Positions 17,440 to 26,939 of a stretch of DNA of 64,000 nucleotides are shown in pieces. Origin of the DNA: Spirochaetia bacterium (GTDB taxonomy: Bacteria > Spirochaetota > Spirochaetia > SZUA-6 > Bin103). The notes below the pieces were generated by a model. It was not told the DNA's origin. It was given only the letters and a program-made list of their open reading frames with translations, and did no database searches. Numbering within the stretch: the first letter of the stretch is position 1; each line of letters opens with the position of its first letter. The position numbers and the translations under genes were made by a program. The DNA lies in assembly GCA_965208575.1 (NCBI GenBank), contig CBDBOV010000006.1, positions 1,056,001 to 1,120,000 of the forward strand, in the 5' to 3' direction.

Positions 17440-18213
17440 TTGAAGGTGCATATCGATATGAGCCAAAGATTGGAATATGGCGACGAGTGTGTCGACCCAA
17501 GGGAGATCTATGACTACGTCAAGAACTCTCGTGATCCGGTTAGCGATTCTGATCTATACACGAGGTTTCGAGCCAGTTTTCGCGAAATGCTGCGGGCGCT
17601 TGGAGAGCGGAGTCGCACGAATCCCGTTTTCTATCTCCGCGACGACAATGCGCAGGATTACCTGTTTTCATCCAATCAGTTAGACGATCGCTGGAAGCTG
17701 CTTCGTCCGATGGAATACGATTACCAGTATGATGATGGCGGACGAGAGGCATCTGGGATAGCGGACGTGAATGGCGATTGCGTAGTCCGTGCGCTGGCAA
17801 TTGCCGTCCGCTGTGGCGACACTGCGGCTCTTGCGGATGGCAGCAATGACGATCCATACCGGCAGGTGTATCAGCAACTTTCAGAGATTGTTGCTGCGGA
17901 TGCGGTGCAATTGTTTCAGTACGAACTGAAGTGCTCGGAGGGCGTATCGGAGTTCATTTATGGACGATGGTTGGATGCGCGGGGTTGGCGTCGGTTGGAT
18001 CGACAATCTGTGATCGGACTCGTCGAAGGAAACCGTCGTCCGACAGTGGGGGAATTCATCAACGAAGCGAGAATCAACTGGGACGAGCCGGTGATACTGT
18101 CTACTCAGAGTGGAGGCGAGGGGCACTTGGTAACCGTGGTGGACAAAGTTATTTATGACGAGGGTGACTGTTCCCGCCACTTGGTGGAGGCGGCGTGGAC
18201 GAAGGCCACGTAA
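17440..18213 (+). CDS. Hypothetical protein with a putative Cys-His-Asp (papain/C39-like) domain
   Basis: GDCVVRALAIA ... GHLVTVVDKVIYDEGDCS; lower GC; start may be ATG 17458. Confidence 0.6.
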   Translation: MKVHIDMSQRLEYGDECVDPREIYDYVKNSRDPVSDSDLYTRFRASFREMLRALGERSRTNPVFYLRDDNAQDYLFSSNQLDDRWKLLRPMEYDYQYDDGGREASGIADVNGDCVVRALAIAVRCGDTAALADGSNDDPYRQVYQQLSEIVAADAVQLFQYELKCSEGVSEFIYGRWLDARGWRRLDRQSVIGLVEGNRRPTVGEFINEARINWDEPVILSTQSGGEGHLVTVVDKVIYDEGDCSRHLVEAAWTKAT

Positions 18214-18233
18214 CCTGAGGTCGCTGCCGGAGG

Positions 18234-19355
18234 TTACTTGTAGGGGTCGGCGGCGTCGCGGAGGCCGTCGCCGAGGAACATGAAGGTCATTACGGTGACC
18301 ACCACGAACAGCACCGGGATCATCAGCCAGGGGCTCAGGGCGACGGTGCGGAAGTTCTGGGCGGTGGTGAGCAGCACGCCCCAGCTCACCACCGGCGGCT
18401 TGAGGCCCAGGCCGATGAAGCTGAGCGCGGTCTCGCCGAGGATCATGTTGGGTACCGCCAGCGTGAGGTGCACGATCAGGTAACTGAGGAACGACGGAAG
18501 CAGGTGGCGGCGGATCACCGCGCCGCTGGTGGCGCCGCTGACCCGTGCCGCCACCACGAAGTCGCCGCTGCGCAGCTCCAGCAGCTTGCCGCGCACCACG
18601 CGCGCCAGGCCGGTCCAGCCCAGGATCGACAGGATGATGGTGATGCCGAAGTACACCCGCAGCGCCGGCCACTTGGGCGGCAGCGCCGCGGTCAGCCCCA
18701 TCCACAGCGGCAGGGTGGGAATGCTGATCAGGAACTCGATGATGCGCTGGATCACGGTGTCCACCGCGCCGCCGACGTAGCCGGAGACACCGCCGATCAC
18801 CACGCCGAGCAGGAAGCTGATGGCGACGCCGAGCAGCCCGATCGACAGCGACACGCGGCCGGCGTACAGCACGCGCGAGAACATGTCGCGGCCGAGCTCG
18901 TCGGTGCCGAACAGGTACAGGGTGGCGGGCGGATGCACGCCGAACAGGTGCAGGTCGGTGCGGATGAAACCCAGCAACTTGTAGGGGTCGGTGCGCACGA
19001 AGAAGCGGACGCGGTGCGGGTCGCCGGTGTTCTCGGTGTAGATGCGCTGCAGCGTCTCCGGGTCGCGGGTGCGCTCAAGCGAGTACACGAACGGACCGAG
19101 CAGCCGGCCGTCGTGGAACAGGCGCACCCGCTGCGGCGGCGCAAGCAGGTAGTCGGCGTCGCGGGTGGCCTTCTCGTACGGGCTCAGGAAGCCGGCCACC
19201 GCGGTGGTGAGATACAGGAACAGCAGCACGCCGCCGCCCGCCAGGGCCATGCGGTGGCGGCGGAACTTGCGCCACATGAGCTGCCACTGCGAGGCGACGT
19301 AGTAGCGCTCCTCCGCCGCCGACTCGCGCGTTGGAGCGGCGCTGGCCTCGCTCAC
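18234..19355 (-). CDS. ABC transporter permease (DppC/OppC type)
   Basis: QWQLMWRKFRRHRMA, GTDELGRD, ETALSFIGLG, GDGLRDAADPYK. Confidence 0.93.
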   Translation of the reverse strand: MSEASAAPTRESAAEERYYVASQWQLMWRKFRRHRMALAGGGVLLFLYLTTAVAGFLSPYEKATRDADYLLAPPQRVRLFHDGRLLGPFVYSLERTRDPETLQRIYTENTGDPHRVRFFVRTDPYKLLGFIRTDLHLFGVHPPATLYLFGTDELGRDMFSRVLYAGRVSLSIGLLGVAISFLLGVVIGGVSGYVGGAVDTVIQRIIEFLISIPTLPLWMGLTAALPPKWPALRVYFGITIILSILGWTGLARVVRGKLLELRSGDFVVAARVSGATSGAVIRRHLLPSFLSYLIVHLTLAVPNMILGETALSFIGLGLKPPVVSWGVLLTTAQNFRTVALSPWLMIPVLFVVVTVMTFMFLGDGLRDAADPYK

Positions 19356-20353
19356 GCCGCGGCCCGCTCAAAGCGGATGCGCGGGTCGACCCACACCAGC
19401 GCCAAGTCGGACAGGAAGGTGCCGAACACGGTCAGGGCGCCCAGGAACAGCACCGTGCTGCCGGCCAGAAAGGTGTCCTGGAACAGCAGCGCCTGCAGCA
19501 GCATCGGCCCGGTGGTGGGCAGGTTGAGCACGATGGCGGTGATCGCCTCGCCCGACACGATCGCCGGCAGCAGCCAGCCCACCGTGCTGATCAGCGGGTT
19601 GATCGCGATGCGCACCGGGTAGCGGAACAGCAGCCGCCGCTCGTCCACCCCCTTGGCGCGCGCGGTTATCACGTACTGCTTGCTCAGTTCATCCAGCAGC
19701 GTGCCGCGCATCACCCGGATCAGCCCGGCGGTGCCGGCGGTCCCGATCACCAGCAGCGGCACCGGCAGGTGCTTGATGGCGTCCCACAGCTTGCCCCACG
19801 ACCACGGCGCCAGCCGGTACTCGGTCGAGAACAGGCCCCCAATGGAGATGTCGAAGTAGCGGAAGCCGAGCCACATCAGCACCAGCGCCAGCGCGAAGTT
19901 GGGGGTGGCCAGGCCCATGAAGCCGACCCCGCTGAACACGTGGTCGGCCCACGAGTACTGGTGGGTGGCGGAGTAGATGCCGATCGGCACCGCGATGACG
20001 TAGGTGATCAGCAGGGTCAGGATCGAGATCAGCATGGTCAGCGGAACGCGCTCGGCGAGCAGCTCCGCGGTCGGCTTGTTGAACGCGAACGAGCGCCCGA
20101 AGTCGCCGCGCAGCACGATCTTGCCGATCCAGCCGAAATAGCGCGGCACCATCGGCTTGTCCAGCCCGTACAGCCGCTTGAGGTTGGCGACCTCCTCCTC
20201 CTCCATCTCCTCGCCGGTTTCCTGCACGATCCTCAGGATCATGGTGTCGACAAAGTCGCCCGGCGGGAGCTGGATCACCACGAATGCCACGATCGAGATC
20301 GCCCACAGCGAGACGATCATGTACAGGGTGCGGCGCAGAATGAGCTGTCCCAT
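19352..20353 (-). CDS. ABC transporter permease (DppB/OppB type)
   Basis: VIQLPPGDF, GDFGRSF, YVITARAKG, DPRIR. Confidence 0.93.
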   Translation of the reverse strand: MGQLILRRTLYMIVSLWAISIVAFVVIQLPPGDFVDTMILRIVQETGEEMEEEEVANLKRLYGLDKPMVPRYFGWIGKIVLRGDFGRSFAFNKPTAELLAERVPLTMLISILTLLITYVIAVPIGIYSATHQYSWADHVFSGVGFMGLATPNFALALVLMWLGFRYFDISIGGLFSTEYRLAPWSWGKLWDAIKHLPVPLLVIGTAGTAGLIRVMRGTLLDELSKQYVITARAKGVDERRLLFRYPVRIAINPLISTVGWLLPAIVSGEAITAIVLNLPTTGPMLLQALLFQDTFLAGSTVLFLGALTVFGTFLSDLALVWVDPRIRFERAAA

Positions 20354-20375
20354 GCGAGGCTCCCTACGGTAACAG

Positions 20376-20432
20376 AAAAAACGGCCGCCGGGCCGGGCGA
20401 CTCGTGGTGAGTCGCCCGTTCCGGGCGGCCGT
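20376..20432 (-). terminator. Long GC hairpin plus U-tract between the binding-protein and permease genes
   Basis: acggccgcc..cgggcgactc/gagtcgcccg..ggcggccgt preceded by aaaaaa on + (TTTTTT after the stem on -). Confidence 0.7.
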
Positions 20433-20474
20433 CGATCATGCTCAGGGCGCGACAGCCTGCCGCGCCTGCCTTGG

Positions 20475-22523
20475 TTACTCCTGCACCAGGTAGAACTGGG
20501 AGGGGTGCTGGGGGCCGGTCCAGGAGCCGATCGACCAGTCGTGGCCGCCGCGCTCCGGGAAGTTGCGCAGCTTGTTGCTGCGCGGCATCGGCAAGGGCAC
20601 CTCGCCCACCGTCCCGATCACCCACAGGTTGTCTGCCTGCGAGGCGAGAATCTCCTTGCCCAGGCGTGTCTTTTCGTCCTGGTCGAGGGTCGCGGTCATC
20701 TGTTCCCAGCGCTCGATGTTGCGCTTGACCTCATCGGGCGGCTCGATGCCGCCCTCGCCGCCGGTCACGTACCACAGCGCCCACTGGTTGCCCCACGGGT
20801 TCTCCCATCCCTGGCGTTGCGGCAGGAAGAACAGCGGCGACGCCACGAACGCCTCCGAGCGGGCGTTGAACCCGGCCGAGCCGCCGTAGAGCTGCATCTG
20901 GTTGGTCTTGGAGCGCTCCTCGCTCTGCTGGTAGGAGAAGCTCTTCATGGTCACTTCCATGCCGATCTCCTTCCACTGCTCCACCGCCAACTCGTGAATC
21001 GGCAGCACCGCGGCGCCGGTGTCCATCACCACCGAGAAGCGGTTGCCGTCGGACAGCAGCCGCCACTCGCGGTTGCCATCCCAGGTCAGCCCCAGCTCGT
21101 CCAGGATCTGGTTGGCGCGCTCCACGTCGTGCTCGGCATACGCCTCGGCGAAACGCGGCTCGAAGTAGATCGACTCCTTGATCAGGGTGTGCTGCCGCGG
21201 CGTACCCAGCCCCTGGAACACCACCTCGTTGATCTCGTCGCGATCCAGCGCCAGTGACAGGGCGTGCGAGAAGCGGCTGTCGGCGAAGATCGGCGCCAGC
21301 ACCGGGTCGTCGACCGTGCGGTTGACCTGGAACAGGTTCGCCGAGCCCTCCAGGCTGGGCCACAGCTCGACCGTGTAGTCGCCGGACTCCTCGTTCTGCT
21401 TCATCAGCGGGTAGTCGCTCAGCGGGGCGTACCAGCCGATGGAGACGGTGAACTCGCCGGCGATGATCTTGCCGGCGAACACCTGCAGATCCTGGACCAA
21501 TTCCACGTTGATGCCGTCCATGTAGGGAAGCTGGTTGCCCTCGACGTCGATCTTCCAGTAGTAGGGGTTGCGCTCCCAGCGCGCCAGGTCGGTGCCGACC
21601 TCGGCCAGCCGGTGGTTGGTGAGCTGCGGACGGTCGGTGTTGAACTTGGGCAGCTCGCTCCAGGAGTTGTTCTTGTCGCCGAAGTGCTGCACCCAGTTCT
21701 CGAAACCCGCCTCCTTGGCCAGCGCCTCCGCCTTCTCGGCGCCCACGTAGTTGGGGTGGAACTGGCTGAAGTAGTGCTTGGCCTGCTTGATCGGCGTGAC
21801 CCCGCGGTTGGGATGGGGCAGCCATTCGACCGCCACCGGGTTGGCGATGGCGAACGAGAACTGGAAGGTGAGGTCGTCGAGGAAGTTCATCTTCATCAGC
21901 TCGCCGCCCGGCTGCAGGAACTTGGCCGGGTTCGGGGTGAGCTCCTCGTTGAGGATGATGTCCTCGTACCAGAACTTGACGTCCTCGGTGGAGAACGGTT
22001 CGCCGGTGGACCACTTGATGCCCTCGCGCAGGGTCACGGTGAGCACCTTGGCGTCGGCCGACAGCTCGTAGCTGGTGGCGACGTTGGGCGACTGCGTCGA
22101 CAGGTCTCCCGCGATGCGGTTGAGCTGCTCGATGCCGATCAGCAGGTGGGCTTCGCCCCAGTGGCCGGTGCCGTCGCGGCCCATGAAGGCGTAGCCGCCG
22201 TACTGGCCGATCTCCTGGTAGGGCACCACCACGTACGGGTCGGCCGGCAGCCGATCCTCGACCGGCGGCAACTCGCCGGCGGCCACCATCTCGGCCAGCA
22301 TCGGTGCCTCGCTGAACGAGGTAATGGTGTTGCCGGTGGCCGCGGTGTAGTCGGCGATGGTGTTGTAGAAGCGAATGTCGTCCCACTCATGGTCGAAGGT
22401 GGTGCGCTCCATGGCCATGGCCGCCTCGCCGCCGCTGTCCTCCGCCTCGCTGCCGCCAAACGCCAGCGCAGGCACCAGCAGCGCCGCAACCAGCGGCACC
22501 GCAAACAATCTGTGCAGTCTCAA
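20475..22523 (-). CDS. ABC transporter substrate-binding protein (family 5)
   Basis: Signal peptide; FSEAPMLAEMV.AGELPPVEDRLP, LREGIKWSTGEPF, RNPYYWKIDVEGNQLPYMD. Confidence 0.93.
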   Translation of the reverse strand: MRLHRLFAVPLVAALLVPALAFGGSEAEDSGGEAAMAMERTTFDHEWDDIRFYNTIADYTAATGNTITSFSEAPMLAEMVAAGELPPVEDRLPADPYVVVPYQEIGQYGGYAFMGRDGTGHWGEAHLLIGIEQLNRIAGDLSTQSPNVATSYELSADAKVLTVTLREGIKWSTGEPFSTEDVKFWYEDIILNEELTPNPAKFLQPGGELMKMNFLDDLTFQFSFAIANPVAVEWLPHPNRGVTPIKQAKHYFSQFHPNYVGAEKAEALAKEAGFENWVQHFGDKNNSWSELPKFNTDRPQLTNHRLAEVGTDLARWERNPYYWKIDVEGNQLPYMDGINVELVQDLQVFAGKIIAGEFTVSIGWYAPLSDYPLMKQNEESGDYTVELWPSLEGSANLFQVNRTVDDPVLAPIFADSRFSHALSLALDRDEINEVVFQGLGTPRQHTLIKESIYFEPRFAEAYAEHDVERANQILDELGLTWDGNREWRLLSDGNRFSVVMDTGAAVLPIHELAVEQWKEIGMEVTMKSFSYQQSEERSKTNQMQLYGGSAGFNARSEAFVASPLFFLPQRQGWENPWGNQWALWYVTGGEGGIEPPDEVKRNIERWEQMTATLDQDEKTRLGKEILASQADNLWVIGTVGEVPLPMPRSNKLRNFPERGGHDWSIGSWTGPQHPSQFYLVQE

Positions 22524-22809
22524 GTATCTGCTCCTTTGGATGTGAGGTATCGCCCGCCAATGTGTACCGCCACCGCCCCGCGGTCAAGGCACGCCGGGAC
22601 GGCTCCTTCACCGCCGGCGACGCCCTCTCCCATACGGTCCCGCATGCTTCCGGCCGCTCGAATCCTGGCGCTCGCGACTCGCGAACCCGCCGGGCAAGCG
22701 CCGCTGGCGCGGTCGCTGGGCACCTACGGCTGACAGTACCGTCGGGGTCGCCTGCCTTCCCCATCTGCATTTGGTACGCTGGCAGACCTGCTCAAAGAGT
22801 GGACCGACA

Positions 22810-22828
22810 GTACCAATTATGGTACCAT
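22810..22828 (+). promoter_or_regulatory. Putative TA operator/promoter
   Basis: Palindrome GTACCA-atta-TGGTAC overlapping an extended -10 TGG-TACCAT. Confidence 0.55.
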
Positions 22829-22829
22829 T

Positions 22830-22883
22830 CAGAAGTTGAAGCTCGCCGAGCGACGAGCGAAGGAGTACTACCGAAGTGTCTGA
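22830..22883 (+). pseudogene. C-terminal remnant of a HigB/Gp49-like toxin
   Basis: QKLKLAERRAKEYYRSV*, like the '..ELA..R.KE' ending of Gp49 toxins; stop overlaps the antitoxin start. Confidence 0.5.
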
Positions 22884-23163
22884 ACAGAACCCTCACCTGG
22901 GATCCACGCTCGAAAGTCTGCTGCGGAAAGACGGCACCTACGAAGATGCCAAGAACGACGCTGTCAAAGCGGTCCTCGCATACAAGCTTCAGCAAGCGAT
23001 GAAAGAACAGAACCTCTCCAAGGCGCGCATGGCCGAACGCATGGAAACCAGCCGCTCACAACTCGACCGCTTGCTGGATCCGGAGAACGAGGGGGTAACA
23101 CTGCATACTCTCAAGCGCGCCGCGGCCGCGGTGGGTATGCGCCTGGAGCTCGAACTCCGCTAG
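22876..23163 (+). CDS. XRE-family HTH antitoxin (HigA-like)
   Basis: NPHLGSTLESLL..DG; LSKARMAERMETSRSQLDRLLDPENEGVTLHTLKRAA.AVG. Confidence 0.88.
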   Translation: MSEQNPHLGSTLESLLRKDGTYEDAKNDAVKAVLAYKLQQAMKEQNLSKARMAERMETSRSQLDRLLDPENEGVTLHTLKRAAAAVGMRLELELR

Positions 23164-23184
23164 TCCGCATCCGTCGTCTTCCTG

Positions 23185-24153
23185 TCACCGGCTGGCTGGC
23201 AGACTCGCCCGGAGGTCGGTGGAGACGGCGCAGTGGTCCGGGTGGTCATCGTGCCGCGGCCACTCGCGCGTCGATTCCGGGACCAGCAGTGCTGCGGCAG
23301 TGGGGTCGAGCACGATGTGGTCGATGAATTCCTCGAAGTCCGGGTCGCACTGAAACTCGATGTCCGCAGTGAGGAGATCGAGCGGGGACGATTTCGGCGA
23401 CAGCTCTCTCCAGGCCCAGTCGTCGCGGACGGCCAGACGGCGGTTGAAGTCTCCCAGGATGGCGAAGGCGGTCCCCGCGTCCTGCCGGCGGTGGGCCCAG
23501 GATCTGAGTTCGAGAACCTGGTCTCGCAGCGTGGCGCAGGTCTGTGCGCGGGACTCGCTCGCGTCCTGCTCGGCCGACCAGCATCCCGAATTGAGGTGCA
23601 CGGACAGCAGGCGCAGTTGGCGGTCGCCGAGGGCCACCGTGATGTCCGTACCCCAGCGATTGTGCGGGGCCGGGTCGCCGAGGGATGTCAGGTCTTCGTT
23701 GCGCTGGTAGGCGATCTCCTTGCGGATGGCGAACCCGGTCGCCAGTTGGTGGACGTACTTGCCCGGCAGTCCCCAGCACTCGCGCGGCTCGGCTGCCGGT
23801 ACCGGACGCATGGACACTTCCACGCGCCAGTGAGTTGCGGGGAACACCCGCAGCGCCGCGTCCATGTTCTCCACTTCCTGGAACGCCACCACGTCCGGCG
23901 CGATCTCCCGGACACGGTCCGCGATGGCGTCGTAGTCCGCCTGCTCCCTGGGCACGCAGCCGGCGTCGTCGGTGTCGTTCAGATGCTCCAGGTTCCAGGT
24001 GGCGATGCGCAGTTGCACCGCGGCGGGCGGGCCGGGAACCACCCCCGACCCCCGGCAGCCGGCGAGCAGCAGCGGCACGCCGACCAGGACGACCAGCGCG
24101 GTAACAATCGGCCTCCGGTACGCGCTGCGGTCCGGATGCGGGGCATCACTCAT
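23185..24153 (-). CDS. Endonuclease/exonuclease/phosphatase family lipoprotein
   Basis: Lipobox LLAGC; ATWNLE, AFQEVE, SVHL, GDFNR, IDHI, PDHC all intact. Confidence 0.88.
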   Translation of the reverse strand: MSDAPHPDRSAYRRPIVTALVVLVGVPLLLAGCRGSGVVPGPPAAVQLRIATWNLEHLNDTDDAGCVPREQADYDAIADRVREIAPDVVAFQEVENMDAALRVFPATHWRVEVSMRPVPAAEPRECWGLPGKYVHQLATGFAIRKEIAYQRNEDLTSLGDPAPHNRWGTDITVALGDRQLRLLSVHLNSGCWSAEQDASESRAQTCATLRDQVLELRSWAHRRQDAGTAFAILGDFNRRLAVRDDWAWRELSPKSSPLDLLTADIEFQCDPDFEEFIDHIVLDPTAAALLVPESTREWPRHDDHPDHCAVSTDLRASLPASR

Positions 24154-24157
24154 GGGC

Positions 24158-24367
24158 TCACCACACCTCGCGCAGGTCGACGTCGACCGGTTCCCCGTCC
24201 GGCGTGCCGGTGCAGGCGACGGCGATGCGGTCGGCGTGTTCGCCGGCGAATGGTGCTGCGGTCACGTAGTGGTCTCCATCGATGATTTCGTGCCTGCGCC
24301 CATCCTCCGGGAACTGCAGGTAGGCTTCGTGGGTGAGCTTGGTCTTCCGGTCGACGACGACTGCCAT
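24158..24367 (-). pseudogene. Uma2 family endonuclease with an internal in-frame deletion
   Basis: N-terminus KLTHEAYLQFPEDGRRHEIIDGDHYVTAAP joined directly to C-terminus ...VDVDLREVW; PD-(D/E)xK core missing. Confidence 0.75.
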
Positions 24368-24422
24368 GGCCGCTTCCGAGCATACCACGAACGTCCGGTG
24401 GCATCCTGGTATAGTTGGCCCC

Positions 24423-25511
24423 ATGAAGATCAGCGACATCACCTGCACGCCGCTGGCCATCGGCAAGGGGCTGCTGCGGATTGCCACCGATGCCGGGGTG
24501 GAGGGCTGGGCGGAGGTCCCGGGCCGCAACAACGCGGTGTTCGCGGCGTACCTGGAGGGCGTCATCAAGCCGGCCCTGGTCGGCGAAGACCCGCGCCTGG
24601 TGGACCGCCACTGGGAGACGCTGGCGCTCGGGCGCGACGAGCAGTCGAACAAGCTGCCCGCGTCGGTGGTCGGGGTGATCGACGTGGCGCTGTGGGACCT
24701 GCTCGGCAAGGACACCGGCCTGCCGGTGCACATGCTGATGGGCGGGGCGCGCCGCACCACCATTCCGCTGTACTGGAGCACCGGCTCCGGCTGGCGCATG
24801 CAGCCGGAGGAGATGCTGGCGCTGGTGCGGGCCGGCCGCGAGCAGGGCTTCGGCGCGTTCAAGATCCGCATGGACTGGCGCGGTTGGCGCCAGGATATCG
24901 ACCCGGAAAAGGACTTCCGGATATTCAAGCTGGTGCGCGAGTTCCTGGACGGCGGCGAATACCTTGGCTTCGACGCCAACAACGGCTACTCGGTGTCGAC
25001 GGCGATCCGGCAGGGCCGCCGCTTCGAGGAGCTGGGCATCGACCACTTCGAGGAGCCGATCCCACACTACGACCTGCCGGGGCTGAAGCAGGTGGCCGAC
25101 GCCCTGGACGTGGCGGTGTCGGCGGGCGAGCAGGACGCGTTCCGCTGGTGGTTCGAGCACTTGGTGCTGCTCGGCAACCCGGACATCCTGCAGCCCGACA
25201 TCCTCAACGCCGGCGGCCCGAGCGAGGTGAAGCGCATCTACGAGATGGCCACGGTGCTGGACAAGCCGGTAATGCCGCACAGCCCGCAGGCGGGCATCAA
25301 CTCGATGGCTTCCCTGCACGTGTACGCCACCGTGCAGAACGCCACCCGCCCGCACGAGTTCTCCACCGAGTTCTCCGGCCCGCTCGACGACGTCGCCGAC
25401 CTGTACGGCACGTCCGTGCTGCCGGAGGACGGCGCCATCGAGCTCGGCAACCGGCCCGGCCTCGGCATCGAACTCAACGAGGCCGCCGTCGCCCGCCTGA
25501 CGGCGCGGTAA
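24423..25511 (+). CDS. Mandelate racemase/muconate lactonizing enzyme family protein
   Basis: IDVALWDLLGK..GLPVHMLMGG, FKIR, FDANNGY, FEEP, AGEQ, QPD, MPHS. Confidence 0.92.
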   Translation: MKISDITCTPLAIGKGLLRIATDAGVEGWAEVPGRNNAVFAAYLEGVIKPALVGEDPRLVDRHWETLALGRDEQSNKLPASVVGVIDVALWDLLGKDTGLPVHMLMGGARRTTIPLYWSTGSGWRMQPEEMLALVRAGREQGFGAFKIRMDWRGWRQDIDPEKDFRIFKLVREFLDGGEYLGFDANNGYSVSTAIRQGRRFEELGIDHFEEPIPHYDLPGLKQVADALDVAVSAGEQDAFRWWFEHLVLLGNPDILQPDILNAGGPSEVKRIYEMATVLDKPVMPHSPQAGINSMASLHVYATVQNATRPHEFSTEFSGPLDDVADLYGTSVLPEDGAIELGNRPGLGIELNEAAVARLTAR

Positions 25512-25796
25512 CAGTGGCGATGAACCGAAGCACTCGACTCTGCGCCGGCTCCTTCGCGGGTGGGCCGGTGACCTCCGACCTGGTGAACGGCGTTGATCGC
25601 CGACAGCGCGGGGCGGTGTGCGGGACTTGGCGGCACGAGCTGGCCGGTCACGCGGTCGGCGCTGTTGCACACCAACGGCGCCCTTGCACATTTGCGTTGA
25701 CAGTGTTGGCGGGCAGGTGAACGTGCACGCACCCGACGATGTGACATGGGGAGCGAGACCGGAGACGCCTGTACTTCTTCCATCTCCGGCGGGTCG

Positions 25797-26919
25797 GTGA
25801 CGAAGGGCCGGTACACGGCGCTGATTGCCGGCTACACCGGCGCGGTGGGCGGCGCCCTGGCGCGCGAGCTGGCCGGCCGCGCCGAGTGGCGGGTCTACGG
25901 CCTGGCCCGGCATCCGCCGGCGGCCGTCGAGCCCGCCGCCACCAGCGAGCCGTCCTGGGACGGGGAACCCGCCGTCACCGGGGTGGAGGGCGTGACCGGG
26001 GTGGCGGCGGACATGGCGGACCGCGACGGGCTGCGGCGGGCGCTGGAGCCACTGGGCGGCGTCACCCACCTGTTCTACTGCGGGCGCGTCACCCACGCCG
26101 AGCAGGTGATCGAGGATGCCGCCGCCAACCTCGCTCTGCTGGACAACGTGGTCACCGCCACCGAGGCGGCCGCCCCGGGGTTGCGCCATGTGCACCTGGT
26201 GCAGGGCGGCAAGTACTACGGCGTGCACGTCGGGCCGTTCCCGACTCCGGCCGAGGAAGCGCAACCGCGCGCGCCGATCGACAACTTCAACTACGACCAG
26301 CAGGACTACCTGAGCACCCGCGCCGCCGCGGCGCGGTGGACCTGGTCGGCGTCGCGGCCCAACACGCTGGTGCACTTCTCGCCGGCGATCGCGCGCAACC
26401 TGGTCAGCACGCTCGGCGCCTGGGCCGCGATCTGCCGCGAGCTGGGCGCCGCGCTGGACTTCCCGGGACCGCCGGCCGCCTATGGCAGCCTCACCCAGCT
26501 CACCACCATCGAGCTGCTGGCGCGCGCCATCGCCTGGATGGCCACCGAGCCGGCGTGCGCCAACGAGGCGTTCAACGTCACCAACACCGACCTGTTCCGC
26601 TGGCACGCGCTGTGGCCGCGGCTGGCGGACGCGTTCGCCATGCCGCTCGGCTGCGTGCGTCCCCTACGGCTGGCCGAGGTGATGGCCGGCCGCGGCGAAC
26701 TGTGGCGGCAGGTGTGCGCGCGCCACGGCCTGGTGCAGCCCGACCTGGACCGGGTCGCCAACTGGGGGCTACGCCGACGCCACCCTGGAGCGCACCTGGG
26801 ACGAGATCCTGAGCCACAACAAGGCACGCCGCCTCGGCTTCCACGACTGGGACGACAGCCCGGCACGCATCTTCACCATCCTCGACCAGTACCGCCAGGC
26901 CCGAATCCTGCCGCACTGA
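25797..26919 (+). pseudogene. PRISE (progesterone 5-beta-reductase-like) SDR with a +1 frameshift near the 3' end
   Basis: GYTGAVG, QGGKYYGVH, NFNYDQQDYL, WSASRP, NEAFNVTNTDLFRW; extra G in tgggggc at ~26764-26768, after which YADATLERTWDEILSHNKARRLGFHDWDDS...RILPH* is in another frame; could be a sequencing error. Confidence 0.8.
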
Positions 26920-26939
26920 GCCACCTGCTCTCGTCGCGG

